Assembly: GCA_964019425.1 (NCBI GenBank)
Contig: OZ025800.1
Coordinates: 620,001 to 684,000 of the forward strand
Source: Flectonema sp. DT1601
Taxonomy: Eukaryota
DNA length: 64,000 nt
Direction of reading: 5' to 3'
This document shows positions 1 to 12,200 of the stretch, one piece after another (positions within the stretch are counted from its first letter, which is position 1; each line of letters opens with the position of its first letter). The translations under genes and the position numbers were made by a program. The notes under the pieces are model-generated. The model was given only the letters and a program-made list of their open reading frames with translations. It searched no databases and was not told the DNA's origin.

Positions 1-236
1 TTTTCACGAATCTTCTCACAATTTGGTAATATTGCGAGACTGATCACTGCATTAGATTATTATAAAATGACCATCAAGGTCGTTTATCCAAGCAGCAGCT
101 TTTTTGTGCTTTTGCGAAGTCTGTTCTTGCGTCTTCCCTTTTCCCCTTTCGCTGTATCTTATCTTTCTGAAGACGTTCCATATATATGACAACTTAGAAG
201 ATATGTTTATAATATTAAATTGATTCTATTTTACAG

Positions 237-1426
237 GAGTAACTCTTTATGTTTGGAGCTTGTCAATATGTATTCGATTCACTTTATTAATTTTACAGCC
301 GCATGACGTTCGAAGATGAGGAATCACAAAATAGATTTTTGATTGAGAATACTGAGCACCGACTACATTCGTCACTCTGCGAGTATGTGAGAGACTGCGA
401 GGATTACACCAACAGGAGAAGTGAAGCAATTTTGAGACTCCAACGTGTTGGAAAATGTTACGTCGCGAAGAAAGAAGTTCATCACATTCAGCGTTCTATT
501 GTCGTCCTACAAAGCTGGTGTAGATGTAAAGTTGCTATCATCACAGCACCTCTTTCTTTGCGATACAAGTCTGCTACATACATACAGAGAGTATGTCTAC
601 CCTCCTTTAATAAAAAACAGATGTTGTGTTCTTATGGTTTCTATTATAAAGTATAATTAAATAAAACAATGAACAGGTTTGGAGATTGTTTTCAGTCACA
701 AGTCAGCATCGAAGTTTCCTTAATGAGATTGCAGTCGTAGCTGCCAATGAAAGACTAGAAATATTAAGAAATTCATCGTCTGTTAGAATTCAAAGACTTT
801 ACAGAAGATATCAACATCAAGTTATTAAAAGTTACAAGAGGAGGGTTGACGCTGTGAAATTAATTGAAGTCTGGTGGAGGAGAAGTCTTATCCAAAGGTC
901 AAGACGTTGGATGATTGGTATTCACAATCGGAAATGTATTGCTGACGAGTTTACTTTAAATTGTATACAATTAGCGTCAACAGTCGATTACGACAGTGAT
1001 CATCATTCTAGTTCTGAGTCAGCTCACAGCTACCTGACTCCGGTCACTTCCCCAACAGCTAAACAGCTTTCAGATAACTGGATTGAATGTGGAATAGATG
1101 GCTACCTTCAGTTGCTTCAATCAGTTGGTATATTACAAAAGGTATTCTCAGGTTACTTATCCAGAAGACGTGTTGCTGATATTCGTTGTTTTCGTCTTCT
1201 GGAACATGAGGAAGTCCGAGCACGGATTGAGATTAATAAAGTTTATTTAAATGAAAGTGATTGTGTTATTCTTCGAAAATACTCCACAACTGTTCCTACT
1301 CGTTGCGGATTGAAACTTCTCCGACTGAAGGAAGCATTGCAATATGCAAACTACAGTTCTCAGTTATGTAACTTTTACAGAAGAGAGAAGATTAATGTGA
1401 TTCACGACATCAATAAGACTCATTGA
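237..1426 (+). CDS. IQ-motif (calmodulin-binding) coiled-coil protein, spliced; 5' end uncertain
   Basis: ORFs 303-656 and 686-1426 join across the intron GTATGT(591)..AACAG(676), restoring IQR|VWR. Further IQ-like motifs: LQSWCR, IQRLYRRY, IEVWWR, LQKVFSGYLSRR. A possible extra exon 237-269 is joined by a 29-nt intron. Confidence 0.6.
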
Positions 1427-1652
1427 GAAATATCACCATCTGGTCTCTGGTCAATCGACTCAACTCTAGTCGAATCTCGGTTTGTAATTTGTACTTCAGA
1501 TTATTTATTTACACACACTGCTCAACAGTACACGCAAAGTGTTCTATTCTATCAATATATTATTTTAATTGGGGGTATACTTTTTATTTAAACTTCCATT
1601 AATTCCCTTTACAGAACAAGAAAGGGAAAAAATATTTAAAAAAAAATAAAGA

Positions 1653-3230
1653 ATGAAATATGCCGCAGTAGGTGCTGCTTTATTGATATTGCTAGTTTTG
1701 TTTTTCTATGACTACAGTCCTAAGGTGGACAGGAAGGCTATTAGTTTGTTAGAACGTGAATTAGCCGATTCCAGAGAGAAAATAAGGAAGAAGGACCAAG
1801 GAATGAGTGAACTGTACCAAATTGTTCAAAATGCTAAGAAGAATAAATCTGTCATAATGCCAACACCAACAACAACTGGTGGCGGACCTCTAGACACGGC
1901 TAACGGTTATACTGCAACACCTTGGACGATGTCAAAGTCGCCGTTATTTTCATCGTCGCATTGCATCGGACAATTAGAAAAAACAAAACTAGATCCTGAC
2001 CACTGGAAAAAGGGAACCTGTCATTTTAAAAACATCTGTTTCAATCCAAAAAGTAAAGAGTTTTTATACTATGCGAAACCAACTGATCTGTTCGATTCCG
2101 AGAAGAACTCCGTTGCCATCGGTGCAATTAACGAACAGTGGACTCCAGACGACAGATCAAAGTTAAAATGGGCTCCTAAAATAATTCGAGGGGCTCTAAC
2201 TGAACCCCACTGGGTAACACCAGCGGATGAGCTTTGGATTCCCCACTTTGAACACTGCGGTGCTAATGTGATGCATCTATTAATGGATAGTTTTTATATT
2301 ATCCATGCTGCTGCTCTGCTATTTAATCTTCAAAATAAACATTACAAACCATTTCGCTATGTTCTAAAAAATTCTACCTTGTGGGGAACCTGCGACTTCA
2401 TTAAGCAAGAAGAGAAAAAGGGAACCGCATGGGCCAAAGGCTACTACAGCAGATGTACAAAGTCATACGATCGATGGGCAGGGGCCTTCCTGCCTCCTGT
2501 TGATGGGTATGTAGTTATTTATTTATCAAACTTGAGTTCTGTGTAATGTAATATGAATGAAAAAAACAACAGCAAAGCGCAAAAGGCATTTGAGAACACT
2601 CGAGACTTTAAGACTCCCGATGATAAAATCGTGTGTTTTCAAGATTCAGTAGTTGGATTTGGACTTCTAAGTGACCACTGTTTAAAGGCTCACGGATGGA
2701 CTTGGGATAAGTTAAACGACGTAGGCCGTCACGACTGTAATATGGGAAGGGGAAGAACACTCTGGTCATTTAGAAATAGAATGATGAGGGTATCTGGTTC
2801 TATATTACCACCTCCAGTAAAACACAAAGTTTCATTATTTACGATGGGTGGTTTCAGTCAGGGAAGTATGCGAGGACCTGTGTGGACGTATATTACACAA
2901 GTGTTGACCAAAGCACTCGGAACGAGAGCTTCAGTAGGTCCACTTTCTCTCGGAACTGCGAAGGAACAGTTGGATGCAATGTCTCAAACGACGTGTTCAG
3001 TAGCTTGCATGGGTGGGAATTCTATTACAGCCTTATTTATGCCTCGTGGAGCTGGTCTTCTTCTGCTTCACAGACAGAACACTGACAGACTTGATTGGGA
3101 TGTCTGGTCTCACGCTTCGTATCTCAACGCTATGTGGGAGAAAGGTGACGCAGTTGAGAACATCACTACTCGAGTGATTGCTCTTCTCGATGCCTATGAG
3201 GCATTCGGAGAAGGAGCCATCAACTACTAA
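1653..3230 (+). CDS. Type II membrane glycosyltransferase, GT61/DUF563-like; 2 exons (1653-2506, 2573-3230)
   Basis: N-terminal TM anchor and coiled-coil stem. Motifs CHFKNICF, NVMH and C-terminal MGGNSITALFMPRGA resemble GT61. In-frame intron GTATGT..CAACAG at 2507-2572. Confidence 0.6.
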
Positions 3231-3810
3231 TGTAAAGTGCGATTCTTGATCACTCAGACTTCTTAATTTGATAAAGAAAAGAAGGTTTCCCCACCAGTGA
3301 GAGTTTTTTTTTTTTGTAACCTAAATGTTATTTTATTACTTATAGACTTCAGTAGCAACCGAATTTAGCACAATTGTTTGAATGATAAAAGAACTGCCTG
3401 ACTCCTTTTGGTTGGTGCATAGCTCTTTGTGTTTTCTTATTATTATTATTTTTTTATTTTCTTTTTCTTTTGCCTTACGAAGCTTTTTTTATGACGGGTT
3501 TCCAAACACCAAATGGAGACGGCAACGATTTCCTTCAACAAGTATATCTGAATGGATCGGAGTGATAGACTCATGAGAATATCCTTTGTGGACTATTATT
3601 TATTTAGGAATTTGTGCATTTGAAAGTTTGTTTTCATGTTATCAAAATAGTTTCTCAGCCAGTCTCAATTAGCGCAACCTGCGAGATGACGTCGATTGAA
3701 GGACTCAATTGTGTGAGTTGATTTGAATGTCTTTTAAATGTGTTAATTTCATTCCCTCTGGACAGCTATTATCTTACAAAAGAATAAAAACAAAAAAAAA
3801 ACAAACAAAA

Positions 3811-4683
3811 ATGGCACTCGAGAATATGGATTTCGACTTAAACAACCCAGCTATTGCCACTCTCTGTCTCGTAAACAGTGTTCTGGTCATCGCATTGATT
3901 GCTTTAGTGCTGAAGAGAAATATTAAACTCCCAAGCAAGTACACTGACACTGAATGGGCGAAAGCTCTTGATGAGAAGGAAGCTGTTGTAACGAAGGACG
4001 CGAGAAGTATTTACAAAGACGCGCAGTTTGTTCCATACCACAACTACCAGAAGTTGGATGTTCCTCAGATGAAGACAAAGGCAAGAGATTTCTACGAGCA
4101 TATCAACGGAAGAAGAACCGTAAGAAAGTACAGCCCAGAAACCTTCCCTGTCTCTATCATCGAAGACTGTGTTAGAGCTGCTGGTACTGCACCATCTGGA
4201 GCTAACTTACAACCGTGGACTTACGTTATTGTCAAGTCATCTGAAGTTAAGAAGCAAATCCAAGAACTTGTTGAAAACGAAGAAGCTGTTAACTACGCCA
4301 AGCGTATGAGAGAGTCGTGGAAGCAGGACCTTCTTCATCTTGGAACTGATGCCACCAAAGCATACCTGTCAGAAGCTCCATATCTCATTTGTGTCTTCAA
4401 GCACACGTACAGAGTTGATGAGGATGGTGAACGTCTTGCAGTGTACTACCCAGAGCAGTCAGTTGGTATCTCTGTTGGATTGTTTCAGGCTGCTCTTCAC
4501 ACTGCTGGTTTAGTTACCCTTACCTCAACTCCAATGGGTGCTGAAACTGGTATTCGTGAAATCCTTGAAAGACCTGAAAACGAGCGTCTGTACCTTCTGA
4601 TGCCAGTTGGTTATCCTTCGGATGACGTAACGATTCCAAACATTACGAGAAAGCCTCTGAGCGAGCTTTGCTTTACTGCATAA
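3811..4683 (+). CDS. IYD: Iodotyrosine deiodinase (nitroreductase superfamily, FMN-dependent) with N-terminal membrane anchor
   Basis: Motifs RRTVR, AGTAPSGANLQPW, EEAVNYAKRM, YLSEAPYLI, GLVTLTSTP, LERPENE, PVGYP. ATG at 3811 follows an A-rich leader. Confidence 0.9.
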   Translation: MALENMDFDLNNPAIATLCLVNSVLVIALIALVLKRNIKLPSKYTDTEWAKALDEKEAVVTKDARSIYKDAQFVPYHNYQKLDVPQMKTKARDFYEHINGRRTVRKYSPETFPVSIIEDCVRAAGTAPSGANLQPWTYVIVKSSEVKKQIQELVENEEAVNYAKRMRESWKQDLLHLGTDATKAYLSEAPYLICVFKHTYRVDEDGERLAVYYPEQSVGISVGLFQAALHTAGLVTLTSTPMGAETGIREILERPENERLYLLMPVGYPSDDVTIPNITRKPLSELCFTA

Positions 4684-6388
4684 GTACAACGTTCATAATT
4701 GATGCTGAAAACTCGGAGGAAAGAGATTTTTTCATGGGAACAGACCCTTCTAGCTCTCATAAAAAAAACAGACTTTTTCTGGATTTTCATCCATCAGCAT
4801 GTTTAACAAAACAAGAAAACGTTGTCAGCTTCGAAGTGCTGTCTGTCGCAACTAATTTGCTTCTTTTACGGTAGTATGATTGTGCCACTTTGTTACTTAA
4901 ATAAGGTTATCAGCTTTCCGCTAGCCAAAATACTCTTTTCGAGTTTTCATTCACCCCGTTATACTTCCTCTCAATTTTAGTTCATTTTTGTTTTCTTTAC
5001 TTGCTTTTTGTATTATTTCCCCACCCCTACTTTTTTTTTTTTTTTTTTTTTGTGAGTTTCAAAGAATGAGGAAGGGAATGGTTTTTTTCTTTTTTGCCTT
5101 TGAAGGGGAAAAGAAAGATTATTGAAAAAGGAAGGTTGGCACCGTTAGGTTGCCTTAATTTTTCTTTTTTTTGTTACTCTCCGAAGTGTATAACGGAGCA
5201 AGAAAAAGATTCCGAGGTTGGTAACGGTTAACTCGTCAAGTTATTTTTCGTAATTACATATTTTTTTCCCGTTTCTTAAAAAAGAATGTCCTTTCCTATT
5301 CTTGTGAAGTTCACGAGAACTTCAATGGTGTTATCGAAGTCTTCAACATCAGGTGCCGATATCCGTCGCAGAATTCTGATCTCTTTTGACAGGTCACACT
5401 CTTGTGAAGGCAGCAGCTGTGAAAACAAGACTCACATTTGATTGTTGTTATCGTGAAGCCAAAGCTTTGAGTTTGTAACAACGAATTAGGATTCTATGGT
5501 CGTCCATACAATGCTCTCTCACGATGATTACATATCAGCTTGGCCGTTATATTATATTTATTTTTTCTTTCATTTTTTTTGTTTTTACGGTAAAGTTAGT
5601 TCCAATATAATTGTTCTACAGGGGAAGGATGCATAACCACCCCTGTTTCAAAATAGGATTTCACAGCGCGGAACAATCAACTACTTGCACAGTAACGCAG
5701 CAAACCACAGATGTGTAACTCGCTTTTTCTGGTTTGTTTCTTGCGTTGGTTCTCCTGTTTTCCTTTTTAGTTAGAATCATGTGATTTCTTCCCTTTCGTT
5801 GAGAACTTTTAATTTTTTTCTTCATTTTTTTTTCCCTTTCTGTTACCGATTACTATGTTTTGATCACGTGAATGGCGAGTCTTTTTGAACAGGAAAGGAA
5901 TGGTTTCTGTCGTCAGTTCGGTGCTGACCGAACCTTTATTCCTGTTCTCTAATCTCATAAAGCTGTCACTGGATCAGTCTTCATCACCTGCGGGACCGTT
6001 TTAGACAATAAAAGCTAAGTCAAAACAAAATTAAAACAAATATAAAACAATATGACATATATTGAAATGTTACCAACCCAGTACATGTTACTATCAGCCC
6101 CACTCCCTACTCACAGAGGTGTAACTCGCCTTCTCTGATTGGTGTGTTTTTCGCCCTTTTTTGTTACTCTACGACGTCTTTCTGAATTTGGTCTTGGTAG
6201 ACCTGGTTTTCTCGTAGAGTATTTGGTGATGTTGAAGTTTCAATGCCATGAGAAGGGGAACAATATCCGTAATTTAATTCTTAAACAGGTTACTTAAAAT
6301 AAAAGAACACTGTCGTCGCTCTCAATGAAATAGTAAAGGTGAGAGTGATGGGGATGCCATATTCTTTATCGACAGCTACTTATATAAA

Positions 6389-7021
6389 ATGGCGGGGGTG
6401 GTACTCCCACCCGGGAAATATTTTGGTCCTTTTCCGGTTGAAGGTACCACCGGACACTACCACGGTGAGGGAGTTGCACTACGAGATCCAGATGGAGATA
6501 TGGTGTTACTACCGGCAGGTAAGTATTTAGGACCGTTTCCTGAAGACGGGGAGGGTACAGTGATAGGGAGAGGCGGGTTACAGCCGCTAGACGACTCGTT
6601 GCCTAACGTGGAACAGCAATCGATGACTAGATTACGTCCAAAACTTCCATCCATCAATTCAAAACTAACGGACGCTGTGGGACTACGAGAACTGAAGCCC
6701 TTCACTGCGTTGCTCAAACGAATTGAGCAATCAAAATCAGCTCCTCGTCGAGCTGGCGAATTCGCAGACATCGACCCCGTCTGGCTGGCCAACATCTGTA
6801 AGAAAACTCCCCGAAAAGGATCCTTCGTATCCTTCAAAGGTGGCGGCCGTTTGGCGGGAGACACGACTTTCAATGACAGCAGTCGGCTAAGAAGAGGAGA
6901 TCAAGGAATCATTGATGACATTAGATACCCAACTGAAGCTGATCAAGTTGTTACTCTCGCCTGCAGCTTTCCTCATTGCGATGGCATTCTACTAACACCC
7001 GCTGATGTAACAGTTTTATAA
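6389..7021 (+). CDS. Hypothetical protein with a duplicated 13-aa motif and a possible SH3-like C-terminal barrel
   Basis: 210-aa ATG ORF, GC-richer than its flanks, with an upstream ACAG. Repeats VVLPPGKYFGPFP and VLLPAGKYLGPFP. Confidence 0.55.
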   Translation: MAGVVLPPGKYFGPFPVEGTTGHYHGEGVALRDPDGDMVLLPAGKYLGPFPEDGEGTVIGRGGLQPLDDSLPNVEQQSMTRLRPKLPSINSKLTDAVGLRELKPFTALLKRIEQSKSAPRRAGEFADIDPVWLANICKKTPRKGSFVSFKGGGRLAGDTTFNDSSRLRRGDQGIIDDIRYPTEADQVVTLACSFPHCDGILLTPADVTVL

Positions 7022-7147
7022 TATTCCTCAGATGAGATGTATTAAATATTCGACTGGTTGCTCTTTTGTTAGAAAAACTTGGGAGGGGTTTCAAGAGGCG
7101 CTAATTTGAATGCTAGCAAACTTTTGTTGAGAAATTTTGTTACGTTG

Positions 7148-7505
7148 TCGTTAGGCCATGCTTTCACACTGTGGATCGGTACTGATGATCGCGTATCGAG
7201 CAAGCTTTTACCCTTATGCTCTACGTGAGATTTCTGTTCTCACTGAGCTTGCCTTAGGACATGCCACCCCAGCTAAACTCCCCACCTGACTGGTGAGGGG
7301 TCACGAGCTGAAGCCCGTTTGTCACACGAGTCCGAAAGGCCCGAAGAGCAGCTGCCGTTCCCCCATCATTGGATAACATCCCCATGGTGACGATCCCAAT
7401 AAAAGTGTTATTTGTGACCTTTTTACGTCTAGCTTCGGTCTGCCTCAAGCCGGGACTCATAATTTGAAAATCTTCTTTCGATTTCTTACGTAGCGGTGCT
7501 TCATA
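7148..7505 (-). pseudogene. Degenerate fragment of cytosolic LSU (28S-type) rRNA, domain V around the P-loop
   Basis: Minus strand reads TCAGGTGGGGAGTTTAGCTGGGGTGGCA/TGTCCTAAGGCAAGCTCAGTGAGAACAGAAATCTCACGTAGAGCATAAGGGTAAAAGCTTGC...TGAAAGCATGGCCTAACGA, collinear with the conserved eukaryotic LSU core. About 23 nt are missing after GGCA, and no other rDNA flanks it. Confidence 0.85.
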
Positions 7506-7748
7506 TTTTTAAACAGAGCATCCTTGAACTTCACTAAAAATATAAAAATATAAAAAAAATATGAAAACTCATATTACCTGTAATGTATTCCTTACTACGT
7601 TGTTGATAGCATTTTTTTTTAAGTTAGTTACATTTTTTATTTTAATATTAGAAACGGTATAACAATAGTTCTGATGTTATTACTGTGGGAATGAGAGATG
7701 AACTGAATTTAATTTTCTCTCTAATCATAATCATCAGCATAAAAAAAA

Positions 7749-9281
7749 ATGGAAAACCCATCAGAGTACTGGGCGCAGGTGAAGGGGATGAGCATCCGAC
7801 TCGATTTGGAGCGAAAAGAACTTATCGAAAGAGAGAAGTGTTGCTGTGAGGAATCTCTAACTTCATGGGTTAACTGGGAGTTTTGGAACAGAGGATTAAT
7901 TCAAATAGAGAATGCTGATGGTAGAAAACCAATGGTAGTCGAATCAGAAAACATCTCAAGAATATACGTTATGGGAGAAGAAGACCTCGCATGGCAACGT
8001 CTCGCTTCAAGATTCATGCAAATTGGAATTCCTCGCAGACACATCGTTTTAGCAGGTGCGATATGCAGATGTTCACCAACAGTTGATTCTCGTAAAACAC
8101 TTCGACAGCTAAAAGAAGGACTCGATGTTTATGTTGAAGAAGTAGCCGGCAACTGGGCTCGTGTATCATCTCCAGTAAAGGGATGGGTTTGGAGAACACA
8201 TTTAAAACCCTGTGAAGACCAATATACAGAATTTGAAGAAGACACTGTTGACACTCCAGGGTCGTTTGCTGAAACTCCAGGACACTCAACTCCAAACCTC
8301 GACTCATTAGCTGAAAGTAGAGGAGTTGATAGTTTAACATTTATTGACGATATTTATGATTCTGATTCTCTTTGTGGTTTAAGACCAACTATTCAACAAC
8401 ATCAATCAATCGGATCAAAGACTGGCTCTCACACTTATTCTGATAACGAACGCCGTTCCATAAGCTCTGACTTCTCGTGTATAATGGAAAATTTTGGAAT
8501 TGGTGAATCTGTCGCCATCAGAGACACTATTGATCAACCTTGGATGTACGGCAAAGTCTGCAGAACATTAAACGGAACAGTTCTAATTCAGAGAAATGGT
8601 TTCGCAGGAATGACTTCTTGGAGACATGTAAAACGAGTTCCAATGCAAAAGAATTCAAAGAACGCATCGAATGAAAACGATAAGGTAAAAATGATAACTA
8701 TAAAAAAGAAAGGAAAGGAAGAGAGAATCGGTCTTGAAATCGACCATTCAAAATTAACAGTCACCGTAGTAGCAGAAGGCAGTCCTGCTAAGAGAGCAGG
8801 TATGAAGAAAGGAATGTCCATCAGATCAATTTGTGGAATGAACGTCTCTACGATACTCGACGTCAGGGCGCTACTAAAGCAATCTGGAATGGAATTAGAT
8901 GTTGGAGTTTGTAGTGATGAATGCAGTATTAGTGAATCAGACAGTCAGGGATCAAGTTGTTCCATCACAGCTCCAGTATCACCTCTTCAAGCAACATCAG
9001 GAGTATTGGGTCAGATACGAGGTGATGGATATGCTTGCCTACCACCTGTTGGATTCCAAGGTGGTGGTTGGTGTTGGCCAGTAGCAGCAAACCACTCGAT
9101 CGCTACGAGGTTTGGGTTCACACCTGATATTTACTTCCACTTGTTGTCTTTGCCTGAGTCAACAAAAAAACTACTACTCATTTTATTCAAACATTGCACG
9201 TGTTCTGAGATTCCTCCACAACTCTTTGGTACGATCACTCACTACATTAGATCACCAACGAGTGCTCCATCAGGCGCGTAA
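7749..9281 (+). CDS. PDZ-domain protein with an SH3b-like domain
   Basis: 510-aa ORF. PDZ-like segment ITIKKKGKEERIGL..VTVVAEGSPAKRAGMKKGMSIRSICG. SH3b-like segment GNWARVSSPVKGWV. Confidence 0.7.
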   Translation: MENPSEYWAQVKGMSIRLDLERKELIEREKCCCEESLTSWVNWEFWNRGLIQIENADGRKPMVVESENISRIYVMGEEDLAWQRLASRFMQIGIPRRHIVLAGAICRCSPTVDSRKTLRQLKEGLDVYVEEVAGNWARVSSPVKGWVWRTHLKPCEDQYTEFEEDTVDTPGSFAETPGHSTPNLDSLAESRGVDSLTFIDDIYDSDSLCGLRPTIQQHQSIGSKTGSHTYSDNERRSISSDFSCIMENFGIGESVAIRDTIDQPWMYGKVCRTLNGTVLIQRNGFAGMTSWRHVKRVPMQKNSKNASNENDKVKMITIKKKGKEERIGLEIDHSKLTVTVVAEGSPAKRAGMKKGMSIRSICGMNVSTILDVRALLKQSGMELDVGVCSDECSISESDSQGSSCSITAPVSPLQATSGVLGQIRGDGYACLPPVGFQGGGWCWPVAANHSIATRFGFTPDIYFHLLSLPESTKKLLLILFKHCTCSEIPPQLFGTITHYIRSPTSAPSGA

Positions 9282-12200
9282 TTTATATTTTCAATAATGT
9301 GATCTTTTGAAGTCACTTTTGAAATTAAATTTACTTGGCGTCTACTCTGACTGTTGACAGCTGCTGACGATGTGGGTATTCCCATCTTGACAATCTTAAT
9401 TAGTGAAGAGAGAAAAAACATAATCTTCTTTTACTAAATTAAGAACACTTTATTTGACTGCTTATGTGGTTCAGAAGTGAAAGGGTGTTGTTGTTCCTTT
9501 TCTTTTCCCCATTTCTTTTTTACATTTTACGATAGCAGTATTTGCCATCTGGTATTCCTGTAATTCAATTAGTTTTTATCTTTTGCTTTCTGTTCTAAAG
9601 AATGAGAAAGAAAAAAAGGTGGTCGACGAAGAAGAAGAAATAAAGACTTTTTGTCAAACGATGTCACCCTTTTTTTTTTTTTAAAACCTTTTTGAAAATT
9701 GCTTTGTTGATTTGTGTGAAGAGATGAAGCAGATCTCGGTGAGGGGAAAAAAAAAAAAAAAAAAAAAAAAAGGGAATTTTTATTCAAACGATACCTAGCT
9801 TCCCAGTGATGGAACACAACAGTCCTTTTTCTCTCTTCCCTTTTTTTTATTCTTTCTTTCAATCATGGCGTTCTAGTAGCACAGTCCCTTACCCTAGAAT
9901 TCAAATCGAAATCTTCCCGTAGAAGAGTGAGTACTCACCAGCAGTACTCACCAAAGTATTTTATTAAGTCCCTTCAACCCAATTTTTCTATTACTCAAAA
10001 TTGCACAATTTGTAAAAAAAGGTTGGTATTCACAAAGTTGATGAGAAAATCGTTTCGCTCCCCTACCCAATTGTTTCGTTATATTTTAGTTCTGTTTGCG
10101 CATAAACAAAACTGTGGAAAAGTAAATATGGACCTCGCAAGTAAACAACGTGTTAACTTGGAGCGGGTTACTTTTCAGCCGACTGGCTGCAGCTACTAAG
10201 TGGGGGGCCTTCTGGAACTTGTGTGTCTTCCGCCGAGGTGTGTTCGATTGTCTTGTTTTGCAGGTCTACGGTAGCTGGTTTTGTTCATAAAAAAAATATA
10301 ATTTTATGAAATTGGAAAGGGTTTGTTGTTTAACATAACGTCAAGCAGCATGCACGGGCAATTAGAAAGAAAGAAACGAAGACCGTCCTCTTTTGTCTCC
10401 CGACCCTGTGCATTTTGTTCATTTTGGTTTTTTTTTTCTTTTCTTTTTCTTTCGGTTATTTTTTTTCATTATTAATATTTTGGTCGTTTTTGAAAAAAAC
10501 TGATTCGGCATCACCGATGTGGATTTCCATGTAGTCAATTCATACGAAGGGAACGAACAATAGAAATAAAATAGTCCTCGCTACATGAATAAAGACCTCA
10601 ACCGGTAGTTGGTGGGAAGTCTTAATTCTTTACACGAAAGTGATGTTCTTCTGTCTTTGTAAATAGTATAGTTGGGAGTTATAAAGAATGAGTTTTATGG
10701 AAAAAAAAAAACATTTATCAGTTTCCTATTGTTGTGTTTCCCTTTGTCTCTTTATTCACATACCGCTCCAGGCTTGTGCCGTCCCCCTTGTCCCCTTCGG
10801 TTTGTCAATATTTATCTTTCCCCTGCCCCTTAGGCTCCTCCTCCAAAAGAAAATAAAAAAAATAAAAAAACTCACTCAGCTTTAGTTTTTTCAAGGTTTA
10901 ACAAAAAAGAATTCCCAGCAGCGCAACCATTTAGGAGGCAAACGTCATCTTGTCTCCGCAGGTAATATGATTAATTCTTTTGTTTCTGTATTTTCATCGT
11001 TGTGTTTTTTTTCTTCTTTGCTTTCTTTTTCGAACTCAACACTTCCCCTTCCCTAAGAGTACTTAAATTATTATCTTTTTTATTTTCTTAAAGGGGGCTG
11101 ACCTTGCAGCTTCCCCCCCCTGCTAGCAAATACATATTAATTATGTTACTACTAATTGGCGATGAAAAAAAAAGAAAAAAAACTTCAAGAAAATACATAA
11201 AACTGCTGTCTTTGTAGTGATTAAGTTAGTGGGGCATCTCTTTTCGCGGAGCATAGTATCAATTGCCTGTGGAGTATGCGTTCCCCTGACTACAATGGGC
11301 CAAACATTTCATTGTTATTTTTTCATCTGGTCTCGTTCCTCTGGTGTTGTATTCTGTGTGCGCTTTTAACTGTTTTTCAATTAGTAAATTAAATGTTAGG
11401 GTTGCGCAATTGATTTCCCCTCCGAATCTTACTTCTACTCTAGCTGCCACTTTGTTTCTCTCTTTATATGGCTTTTTTTTTTGTATTTTTTTCATCCTTC
11501 GTTTTTTTTTTTTTAAAAATGGTTTTTTTGTGTATTTTTCATTAGTTCATTTATTATTTTTGTTGTTTTTCTTTTAAATCCCCCCCATCACCACAAAAAA
11601 AAAAAAAAAAAAAAAAGTATTAATTTACCCAGTGTTGTTCCTTAAATTAAGGTTTCTTGCAAATCCTGTTTTGAGACCCCAAAGAAATGTAGATTTTATT
11701 TTTCCTATCTCTGATGGTTGTTTTTTTTTGATAGGTGGCAAGGCTAAATGAAACAATAAAAATTTCATTTGTTTTTTTTTCGATGGTGAAATTATTTCAC
11801 ACTCTTAGTTTTCTTTATACTTGAGTTCTGGTACACATAAAAGTACAAACAGTATTCTCACTAAGTAAGTGACGTTCAGACTTCTATTCAATAGTGGAAG
11901 GAATTTTTTTTTGTTTTGTTTTTTTTTTATTATATTCATCCCCTCCTTCCCTTTACATTTTCTTCATTAAATTCGAATCGTGTATCAATTATTGAACTGT
12001 GGCAAAGTAACCCGCTCTGCAATCATCTTCCATTTGTGTTGGTGGTTGCTCTCTGTTGGTAGTCGCTCTAGGGAGTCAAGCTTGGATTTATTTCTAAGTT
12101 GATGCTCGGTGAGCGATGCAAAATTATGTTTGTCCTAAGATTCACAAAAATTGTCTGGAAATATCTCCGACAACTTGCAAAGAGTAGCGAAACCGCTGTT

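Noticed and set aside
7305..7350. Hammerhead-like GAGTCCGAAAGGCCCGAAG
   Set aside because: The CUGANGA and GAAA core is not correctly formed, and the segment is the antisense of the rRNA fragment's expansion segment.
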